Below, piece after piece: positions 55,457 through 64,000 of a DNA stretch of 64,000 nucleotides. The translations under genes and the position numbers were made by a program. Position 1 is the first letter of the stretch. Every line of letters starts with the position of its first letter. This DNA is from a virus. The stretch is from IMG/VR virus record IMGVR_UViG_3300022407_006250, positions 36,786 through 100,785 of that record; one strand, written 5' to 3'. A model generated the notes under the pieces. It was not told the DNA's origin, ran no database searches, and was given only the letters and a program-made list of their open reading frames with translations.

Positions 55457-56170
55457 AAGCGTTGACAGCAGGCTCCTGTTGTGGCATAATAGACTTATCG
55501 CAACCAGGGGTCAGCCATGGGATACACCACATTCACCCGTAATGAAAACTATGGACCTCGGCCAGGCCTAGAGGGTCCGTTCACTTACCCAAACGGGCGT
55601 GTGGTGTACTATGACCCACGCGAAGGGCAGTACTGGGATCCACGCACAGACTTTTACCTGTCACATGAAGAAGCAGGCGACTTGCAGGCTTGCATTTTTA
55701 AAGCACTTAAGGGTTGACATCGCGTCGCAATCCACTACAATACATTCATACACAGCAGGAGCAACAGATGTCAAAAGAAGACAAAGAAGCACGCGAAGCA
55801 CGCTCACGGGATCATGCCCTACAAGAGGATGCACGGCGTCAGGCGCTGGCGGACACCTACCCACAGCGACTTATGACTGCGCTGGCTCGAGCACAACGGG
55901 TCAATACCATTGTGGAGGTTGATGCTGCTGAGATGAGTTTCAAGGTCATATTCCGCGATTCGGGTGCTGTACGTGATGTTCCTTATGCTTATGATCCGGT
56001 TCTTTGGTCTGAAGATCTACTGCATCGCTTGGAGCTTGAGTGCGTCGAGGCCGAGTTTGAACATGAAGAACGTCGCCGCGTGGCCGCCTTACGTCAAAGT
56101 GCGCTGGCCAAACTGACTCCGGAAGAGCAACGGGTACTGGGATTGTGGGATTGATATACAGGAGATCCGG

Positions 56171-56362
56171 ATGGCCAAGTATACTGTAATAATCAAAGAA
56201 GTTCACATCACGCAAGTTGAGGTAGAAGCAACCTCGCTGGGTGAAGCACGGCACATGGCAGAGGATCTGTTAGAGTCTGGTGAGGCGGGCGAGTCGAAAT
56301 ACAGTCACACCATTCCATCATTTGAATGGCCTGTATTGCTTGAAGGCTGTAATGTTCGCTAG
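56171..56362 (+). CDS. DpnD/PcfM-like small protein
   Basis: Y.V.I.E....VEVEA.S..EA pattern. Confidence 0.45.
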   Translation: MAKYTVIIKEVHITQVEVEATSLGEARHMAEDLLESGEAGESKYSHTIPSFEWPVLLEGCNVR

Positions 56363-57218
56363 ATTCGCTTGACAGTGTTCCAAACCCTGCTATAATCACT
56401 GCATAGCAACGCAACACTAGGGGCACAAGATGAGCAACGAATTCCGCAGCTGGGATGATTTGAGCGACTTAGAGCGTGCAGATTGCACCTTTTCAGATAT
56501 GTACAAGGATGCTCACGGCGTTCGCCCACATGGCATCAGTACCCAAGGCTGGACCTTGGAAGACTTTGGTCGTGAGTTTGACCGCTTGCAACTGATCATT
56601 GAACGTGAAGAGCAGGACCGAATCCTGCGTGAAAACCAGGCTATTATTCACTTTGAGCGTCGCTTGCAGGAGCTGGGCAAGTTGGGTGCAGTAGACCGTG
56701 CAGATGCCATCCGTTGGTGCTTGATAAGTGACCAGGCACAGGACCTGGAGCACCTGGCCTGGCTTAATGAATTACCTTGGAACTATTTCCCAAAGCAGGC
56801 TTGACGAACTAAGTGATTCTGCTATAATCACTGCATAGCAACACAACAGGAGAACTAGATGACACGAGTACAAATCCTCTTGGCACCATCCCGTATATTG
56901 GGTGAATTTTACTTTCGCAGTCCCGATACTGTGTCCTTGATTCGCGAGTTTCATCATGAATATCAAGTGGCTGGTGAATTTGCCACTGACCGCACAGGGC
57001 AGGATGCAGCCGAAGAAGCATTTGATCTCACAAACAATCCCGGCCGCGATCAAGAGCGTGAAGAGAAATATGGTCGTGGTCGCAGCGTTAGTGTTGGCGA
57101 CATTGTTCGTGTGGGCACCGATGAATGGGTGTGCATGAGCACTGGTTGGAAATTGTTGGAACTTGCTTGACAATCGGGTTCCAACACCAGCATAATCGCA
57201 ACTTACTAGGGAAACAAA

Positions 57219-58499
57219 ATGAACACACGTAAATTTCACAAATTGTCACTACTTGTAGTTTCACTGATTGCTGCTGGACTTACTGGCTGTGGCGGTGGTG
57301 ATTCAGCTGATACCAGTGTTACTGCATCGGCTGACAATGGCGGTGAAGTGGTTCGTATGAGCCGCATAGTTGACACCAGCAAGAAAGGTGTTAATGCCGC
57401 TTGGGTTGGCTCAGGTGTTGGTAAAACGGTTAGCCCAAGTGATATGCGTGCACACTACAAAATGCCAGCAGACCTTGACGGCACTGGACAAACGATTGCA
57501 ATCGTTACCGCGCCAAGCACTGGCGATCCGGCTGCAGACTTGAATTACTTCAGCAATTATTATAAATTGCCGCAATGCAACGCTGCCAATCCTTGCTTTA
57601 GTCGCATCAACTTGATGAGCAATCCCGCACGCAAGATCAGTGCTGGTGCGGATTGGGCCATGGAAGTTGCACTTGATGTGCAGTGGGCACACGCGGTGGC
57701 CCCGGGCGCCAAGATTGTGCTGGTTACTGCCAACACCCATGGACTATTTGACATGATGAATGCAGTAAAGGTTGCTAGCAAGATTCCAGGAGTTACCACA
57801 GTTTCAATGAGCTGGGGTGGTCGTGATCAGCCCCTGACCACTGCCAAGACACTTGATGCCATTTTTGCTGCTGCGCCAGGTGTGGCTTTCTTTGCTGCCA
57901 CAGGCGATTGGGGCAATCAAGGCACCAATCAAACTTACCCATCCACCAGTCCATATGTAACTGCGGTTGGTGGCACCAGTGTGCAGCGTGCAGGTACACC
58001 CACTGATCCGCTGAATGAAGTCACATGGCGTTTGGGTGGTGGTGGAGCAAGCCAATATGTGTCTATGCCGCTGTATCAAACCCAGTACTTGACTGGCAGC
58101 AATGTTTTGGCACTCAGCAATGGCAAGCGCACTGTTCCTGACGTGGCCTACAACGCTGATCCGGCGTGGAGCCCAGTTGGCATCCGTGTTAACGGAACAT
58201 GGCGTGCAGTAGGTGGTACCAGCGCAGGTGCTCCTCAGTGGGCAGGTATTGCAGCGCTCCTGGCACAGAACATGGCCCGTCGCGGACAACCGTTTAGCAC
58301 TTATGTACGCGGTGCAGGCGGCTTCAATGCCTTGCTCTACCAGACCAAACTGTATACGTCGTTTACGGATATCACTACTGGTTCAAATGCACAAGGTGCA
58401 GTTCGTAATAACTGTGCCCTGTGCTCAGCAGGCACTGGATACGATGCGGCAACTGGACTTGGTGTGCCAAACGTAGAAAACCTGGTCAAGTTCTTTTAA
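57219..58499 (+). CDS. S53 (sedolisin/kumamolisin-like) serine peptidase, lipoprotein
   Basis: Lipobox LTGC, EVALD, SMSWG, TGD, AVGGT, PDVA, GGTSAGAP, GYDAATGLG. Confidence 0.88.
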   Translation: MNTRKFHKLSLLVVSLIAAGLTGCGGGDSADTSVTASADNGGEVVRMSRIVDTSKKGVNAAWVGSGVGKTVSPSDMRAHYKMPADLDGTGQTIAIVTAPSTGDPAADLNYFSNYYKLPQCNAANPCFSRINLMSNPARKISAGADWAMEVALDVQWAHAVAPGAKIVLVTANTHGLFDMMNAVKVASKIPGVTTVSMSWGGRDQPLTTAKTLDAIFAAAPGVAFFAATGDWGNQGTNQTYPSTSPYVTAVGGTSVQRAGTPTDPLNEVTWRLGGGGASQYVSMPLYQTQYLTGSNVLALSNGKRTVPDVAYNADPAWSPVGIRVNGTWRAVGGTSAGAPQWAGIAALLAQNMARRGQPFSTYVRGAGGFNALLYQTKLYTSFTDITTGSNAQGAVRNNCALCSAGTGYDAATGLGVPNVENLVKFF

Positions 58500-58628
58500 G
58501 CAGGGCAAGGGGGTTGGGTGCGGTATATGCCCAACCCCCACATGCTACTCAGTAAGTGATCTGCGATAAATAAGGTGTGTAGTACATGATGTGCTACACA
58601 CCTTTTCTTATGACCGGCAGGGTATGAT

Positions 58629-58781
58629 ATGAAATCATTTTTCGTCAGCATGATATTTTACGGAACCCTTATAGGCCAAATTGGCGCTGCATTACTTGTT
58701 GTTGGCATTTTAATACTTGTGGTATACGGCTGCAGACACATGGACACACAGGATGATGAGCCCGTTGACGGCGAGCACTGA
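58629..58781 (+). CDS. 50-aa membrane protein (not in ORF track)
   Basis: One long hydrophobic segment; TAAATA at 58567. Confidence 0.45.
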   Translation: MKSFFVSMIFYGTLIGQIGAALLVVGILILVVYGCRHMDTQDDEPVDGEH

Positions 58782-58785
58782 AACC

Positions 58786-59109
58786 ATGGCTGTCACTCTC
58801 ACTGAAGCCGCAGCACGGCACGTCACCCGCTACATCGGCAAGCGTGGCAAGGGCGTGGGCGTGCGTCTGGGCGTTCGCACCACCGGCTGTTCGGGCCTGG
58901 CCTACAAGCTCGAGTACGCCGACGACGTGGCACCCGAGGACACGGTGTTCGAAGACCATGGCGTGAAAGTGCTGGTCGATCCCAAGAGCCTGCCCTACAT
59001 CGACGGCACCGAACTCGACTTCGTGCGCGAAGGGCTCAACGAGGGCTTCAAGTTCCACAACCCGCGTGAAAAAGACCGCTGCGGCTGCGGCGAATCATTC
59101 CGGGTCTAA
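58786..59109 (+). CDS. iscA: A-type Fe-S cluster carrier IscA
   Basis: [36 protein letters not shown]; GC-rich codons. Confidence 0.95.
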   Translation: MAVTLTEAAARHVTRYIGKRGKGVGVRLGVRTTGCSGLAYKLEYADDVAPEDTVFEDHGVKVLVDPKSLPYIDGTELDFVREGLNEGFKFHNPREKDRCGCGESFRV

Positions 59110-59305
59110 CGCCCCAACACGCTTAAATAATTAACGAGTAAGACTACACGCCAAGTGCTTCTAAATTCTGAGTTTTGAATTTCAAGGTTAGATTTTTATT
59201 TCAGATTTCTATTTCAGGATTCAATTCCAAAATCCCAATCTTAGATAAAGATCTCGCTATGATTTCTGAGACTGATCGGCACTTTTTGCGAGAATTTTTA
59301 GTCAT

Positions 59306-59338
59306 AAAAAAATGCAACTGGTGCCAGTTGCATTTTTG
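59306..59338. terminator. Bidirectional terminator
   Basis: AAAAAATGCAACTGG-TG-CCAGTTGCATTTTT. Confidence 0.8.
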
Positions 59339-59351
59339 TTTTGCGTAGTGT

Positions 59352-59741
59352 TTAAAGCATTGCAGCACGCACTTCGTCTGCTATGGTATATGCGTCGTAA
59401 CTGGCACGTTCTACGTCTTGCATACCCCACTCGCTGGTAGCAACATTGCGTGCTGCGTTTGCGCTAAACCCTGCTGCAACAAGTTTATCTTGTAGCGTGC
59501 CGGTGTACGCATCATGCCAGTAAAACATACCCATTGTATCAACAGTTTGCTCGTAACTGTCTGCATTTGGTGTGCTGTACGCAACTCCTAAATCGCTGTC
59601 GCTGTACCAGTCATCTTCAGCTTCAGCTGCAACAAACATGGTAATGCTGTTGATAAACACACCCATAAATGTTTCATCAATGGGCACATTGAGCAGAAAG
59701 CCCTGATCGACAGGGCTAACAAAGTCTTTGATGTTTGGCAT
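59352..59741 (-). CDS. Hypothetical protein
   Basis: Minus-strand promoter (TTGCAG-16-TATAAT) and GGAG RBS. Confidence 0.7.
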   Translation of the reverse strand: MPNIKDFVSPVDQGFLLNVPIDETFMGVFINSITMFVAAEAEDDWYSDSDLGVAYSTPNADSYEQTVDTMGMFYWHDAYTGTLQDKLVAAGFSANAARNVATSEWGMQDVERASYDAYTIADEVRAAML

Positions 59742-59999
59742 ATGAGCTCCGTATTGCTGCTGTGTTGCAGTACACGTATTATAGCATGTCTGGGTGTAAC
59801 TGCAACCCTTGTTACAAGTTGTTACAAGTTCTCGCCCTCTGGGTCAACTCAGCTGGTGTATACATGCGAGGCAGACTGATCTCGTACCGTTTGCACGCAA
59901 CTGCCACCCCACATGCGAGAAGGGCTATATTCTCACACCACTTGCACGCAACTGGGCAACAGGTATGAGAACAGTAGCATCCCTGCCCCACTGCCCTCA

Positions 60000-60404
60000 T
60001 CACACCCAGTACAGTTTGGCCTTCTTCTGTGCCACTGCCTTCTGTACCATGCAGCGTGCATCTTCAAACGACAGGCCTTCAGCAATTGTAGCACCGTTTG
60101 AGCAACGCTTGACAGCGAATTCTGTCTGCACCACTTCCACGAACTCGCGTGCTACTGCCTTAGGCTTGCGACCACCCTTTTTGTCATCTGGACGTCCCAG
60201 TCCCTCAACCAGCTCTGGGCTTGCTTCGCGGCACTTTTGGAAACTGTGATTGTAGTGTGTAGCGGCGCTGGTAACAGGGATGCCAAACTCTTCCACAATG
60301 TGGCTCATCACTGCTGCACGGAACGCGGTGTTACCCATTGCCGCACGCTGTGGCAGCAGTTCCATGAACTTGAAGTTGCAAGTAGCGCGAATTCCTTTGT
60401 CCAT
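60000..60404 (-). CDS. Putative DNA-binding protein (paralogue of 28324 and 46014)
   Basis: FRAAVM...GIPVTSAATHYN...VEGLGRP..KKGGRKPK; own promoter and AGGAG. Confidence 0.6.
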   Translation of the reverse strand: MDKGIRATCNFKFMELLPQRAAMGNTAFRAAVMSHIVEEFGIPVTSAATHYNHSFQKCREASPELVEGLGRPDDKKGGRKPKAVAREFVEVVQTEFAVKRCSNGATIAEGLSFEDARCMVQKAVAQKKAKLYWV

Positions 60405-60760
60405 TTCGTTTCTCCTTTGTGTGTTGCGATACGTGTATTATGCATTCACTAGAAATGTTGTCAACGTGTTTTTGGCACTGTTACACTTTGTTACATCTGG
60501 TACTTCTCGCTTGATCGCATGAGCACTGCATGAGTTTGCCTGCGAGACTCTGGACCTTCTCACAAGATCACAAGTGCAGTCTGCAGATCTATCAGTGAGG
60601 CCAGTAGAGATAGACACCGCTTGAACCTTGCTTGATTGTATGAGCAGTGCATGAGTTTGCCTGCGAGACTTTAGACCAAGAACTTGTAACAATGTGTAAC
60701 AGCGGTTGCTTTGAAAACTAGTTGTGTTATAGTTACTGCACTGAACACAAGGAGAAGCAC

Positions 60761-60973
60761 ATGAACACTGAACAACTGGAACAACTGTTTGCAGACATTG
60801 CAGCACAAGAACTCAACATTGACACGCTGAAGACACAAAGTTCAGGCCAGGACTTCCACGAAGTTGCAGTATGGTGTGTACGAAATGCACTTGCAGCAGC
60901 GTACACAGCGGGCAATGCACGCGGACGCCTAGAACAAAGCGCGCAAACACGCCGCCGTGCAGATCAAGGTTGA
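60761..60973 (+). CDS. DUF6900-like small protein
   Basis: IA...L.I.TL.T..S..DFHEVAVW....AL.AAY.AG. Confidence 0.55.
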   Translation: MNTEQLEQLFADIAAQELNIDTLKTQSSGQDFHEVAVWCVRNALAAAYTAGNARGRLEQSAQTRRRADQG

Positions 60974-62957
60974 CGGCACTTCTCTCAAATGCTATAGTAA
61001 CCGGTAAACAAGGAGAGAGGTATGAACACAGCATTTTATGTTTTGGGACTTGCTGCCGTAATCGTTTTTGCACCACTTGCTTCTATTTGGGCATTCAACA
61101 CACTTTTTCCTATTCTAGCAATTCCCTACACATTCGAAACCTGGCTTGCAACCTGCTTGCTAGGCATGTTTGTTCGCGGTATCAAAACAGAATCAAAATG
61201 AATCAAGAACTTGAATTGGTGAAAGAATTGGTCAAGTTGCGGATAGGTGTTGCTCGTGCAGCACAGGCAATAGGCATTGCGGATATTGACAGCCCCTTCC
61301 CAGTGGAGGGCTTGGCCTACGAGCAATTGTGGGACCTTGCCCACAACCGGCAGCGTGGATGGAATCGCTTGTGCGAATTGATTGCTGACGAAGCACAGCG
61401 GCTTCAACAATACCGGGACTTCACATGATCACTTTGGCAATTATCGCTTACCTGGTGCTGCTGATCATGGTGTTGGCATTTAGCCCGGCCATCGCAATTG
61501 TGGCTTACATTGTACTGCTGGCGCTCGTCGTGATGTTTAACCATGCTGCGTCTGTGCTCAGTGAGCATGAGGAGTAAAAAATGAAGACAGTGCCTGCTGT
61601 TCGACATCCACTCAGTCCGCTGGCCCAGGATTTCCTTGCCGGCCTTCCCGCCGGTATGATGACTTTTACCGAGAGCAATTTTCCACACATCGTGGAAAAA
61701 TTCCAACGCGCATGGGGTCGTGCTCAACGCATGAAGAATCTAAAAGAAGAACTGGTGTTTGAAAAGCGCCTGAACCGACAGGGCTTTCCTTTTGAAGTTG
61801 TCAATGAGATATTTGCTGTGTTTGAGTATTATGAACAGCACATGACACTGCCGCCACGAGTCTGCATGTGGGGCGACACTGAGTACTAAACGGTTGACAT
61901 TCACTGGCCACAAGCATACAATAGCAACAACAACTAGGGAAACAACATGTACAAAAGCACACTTTACATTCGCGTGGTACCACAAGATCGGGATCGTGAC
62001 TATGTACTGCTGGCCAGTTTTGATCCTGCAGTGGTTCAGCGCACAGCAGCCGAATACAGCACTCTTACAAGCCCCACACGCGCATCACTTGATGCAGCAG
62101 TTGCACGCCTGGAACAACGCTACAACGCAGAAATCAAGGATGTTACTACTCCTGCTATTGTGAAGCAACTGGCACGCTTGTTTGGGGAAGTAGTGCCCAC
62201 TGCCAGCAAGAAGAAGTCTGCACCCGAACCTCAAACCGCAGAAGACGCTCCGCTCTAACGGGAAACAGTCATGCTGAGACTGATTGGTGCCTGCACCTTA
62301 ATCTATCTACTGTTTCACTGGGGCATACTTACTACCCTAGTTCACTTGTTGATTGCAGCTCTCATAGTGATATTAATGGTATAAAGTCAAAGGGGGGTGA
62401 GGTTGATGGGGTGTCCCGTCAGCACGCACACTGGGCCGAGACAGACTGTGCACTCACCCCCTCGTGGTATCCCGGGATCAGCCACACAATCCCACAAGAT
62501 TGAATCAATCTTGTTGACACAACTACCAGTTGTGTTATACTTGCTACACAGCAACACACAGGAGTCACGCATGATTGAAATAGTTCAAGCAGCACTTCAA
62601 GGACTTTTTATAATTGCAACCCCCATCCTTGCAGCCGCTGCTGTTGGTAATTTTTTGAACTAGCCTGCGCTAGAGAGTCTGTCCGTATGAAACAACATTT
62701 CCGTTATCAAGTGGTTGCAGCCGTATCTTCCCTTACGGATGCCGATGTAGACAGTCGTGGATGGCAAATTTTAGCCCAATCCAACTGCTTTCGCACAGCA
62801 CGTCGCGAGTGTATCGAATGGGCTGCGTACGATGATATCTTGGTTCAAGTTGTCAAACAGGCACAAGTCGAGTTCTCATGCGACGGCTACCTGGAAGCAA
62901 CTGAACGCTATCCAAGAACATGTGATGCAGTCTAACAAACAACTAGCACGCTATTTA

Positions 62958-62988
62958 AAACACGCAAGTAAAATTGCGTGTTTTTTTT
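62958..62988 (+). terminator. Rho-independent terminator
   Basis: AAACACGCAA-GTAAAA-TTGCGTGTTTTTTTT. Confidence 0.8.
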
Positions 62989-63222
62989 ATTGTGTGTAAA
63001 GTCTCACAACTTGCTCAACAATTTTAATTTATACAAGTAGTCCCGTGAGGCTCAGTCAACAACACTGACAGCACTCAAGCCTCGCCATACACAATTAAAC
63101 GTGCGCCAGCGGCTCTGTGAGAAGCACCAGATGTAACAAATGTAACAGCACTTGTGCTTTTTGCGCTGTGTGTTATATTACTACTACTGCAACACGCAGT
63201 GCAACTAACGCAAAGGCACAGT

Positions 63223-63831
63223 ATGCACACATTTACAGTACAACAAGCACAAGCAGCTCTCGCAGCACAGCAAAACAACGCCGAGTTCACGGTGCAGCAA
63301 ATACGCGACTTGCTGGGTAACGCAAGTGTTACTTTTGCTAATGTTGTTTTTGCGACACAACAGCAAAATGCTGCTGCATACAAAAGCGTAGTTATCAACA
63401 AAGTAACTAACGCAAACGTAATACTTTGCAGCAATATACACGCACACACCAGCGTATATGCCAATCGAGTAAAGCGCAGTGCTGCACAGTTTGATACTAA
63501 TAATCGCGACGCAATTGATACGTTTGTTGTCAGTGATGCAAGTTATACACATACTGACTGCTACAGTATTGTGCAAAACAAACGTGTAGCAACTAAGTTT
63601 TATTTGTACGCTATTTTTAATACGGCACAAACAGTATTGCTGCATAATAATAATGTAGTTACCGCACAGTATGCACAACAGTTTTTAACGCCTAGCGCAC
63701 TTGCAGCGCAACATGCTCGAGCGACCTATAATAAAATCAATAACATAACGCATGATGTAGTTGTACGCACTATTGCTATTAGTAACTTGGTCGGTATTCG
63801 TGCACATAAACAAATACTTGCACTTGCATAA
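63223..63831 (+). CDS. Hypothetical protein with extreme composition (almost no G, P, E, W)
   Basis: Promoter and AAAGG upstream, hairpin at 63847-63869 downstream. Confidence 0.7.
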   Translation: MHTFTVQQAQAALAAQQNNAEFTVQQIRDLLGNASVTFANVVFATQQQNAAAYKSVVINKVTNANVILCSNIHAHTSVYANRVKRSAAQFDTNNRDAIDTFVVSDASYTHTDCYSIVQNKRVATKFYLYAIFNTAQTVLLHNNNVVTAQYAQQFLTPSALAAQHARATYNKINNITHDVVVRTIAISNLVGIRAHKQILALA

Positions 63832-64000
63832 TAGTTAATAGTACGGCAGCGCAGTTACAACTGCGCTGCAAACACTGTTGTCGTGCTGTTTGCTACGCAA
63901 TTTTTTATTTTTGTGTGAGGCAGTGCAAAAATAATTTCTCGCACAATTCCCAGTCAGCATATAACACACAAAAAAGGGGTGCCGCGAGAGGGCGTGGGCA

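Larger units (their letters stand above)
39450..63831 (+). other. Early / host-takeover region: dozens of short genes, many with individual sigma70 promoters
   Basis: More than 20 TTGAC..TGNTA(T/C)(A/C)T-type promoters followed by AT(T/A/C)GCAAC leader and GGAG RBS. Confidence 0.8.

Noticed and set aside
60506-60677. Possible mini-CRISPR array (two ~40-50-bp direct repeats)
   Set aside because: Only two imperfect copies 121 bp apart and no cas genes; better explained as duplicated units of the bipartite motif.
1272-63678. Numerous short antisense or alternate-frame ORFs in the track
   Set aside because: They are shadows of longer motif-bearing genes and lack their own promoters or RBS.

Overview
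A 64-kb piece of a large tailed-phage (Caudoviricetes, jumbo/T4-like-regulated) genome. No host core operons, integrase or capsid genes are visible. The likely host is a Burkholderiales betaproteobacterium, inferred from a GC-rich iscA at 58786-59109. Layout: (i) 1-28.7 kb is an AT-rich, plus-strand block of accessory and metabolic genes: amidinotransferase, MoxR AAA plus VWA pair, HNH, S11 DD-peptidase, TilS, glycosyltransferases, PlcP-like phosphoesterase, DHFR, HD hydrolase and PRTase. It also has five tRNAs, structured RNAs and a hammerhead ribozyme. (ii) 28.8-38.4 kb holds mostly minus-strand, TAAATA-promoter-driven LamG/DUF285 adhesin-like paralogues with recombination scars. (iii) 38.5-39.4 kb is non-coding tandem repeat, a possible terminus or origin. 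(iv) 39.4-64 kb is a GC-richer early region of short genes, many behind their own sigma70 promoter with a conserved 5' leader. The most notable unexplained signals are a recurrent bipartite inverted element YCTCRY-N28-31-RYGAGR (about 12 copies) coupled to TGTAAC tandem boxes; a late-promoter/hammerhead/multi-hairpin RNA unit; and two cargo-carrying long-stem RNAs inside the tRNA cluster. All calls come from reading the sequence by eye; no searches or folding programs were run.
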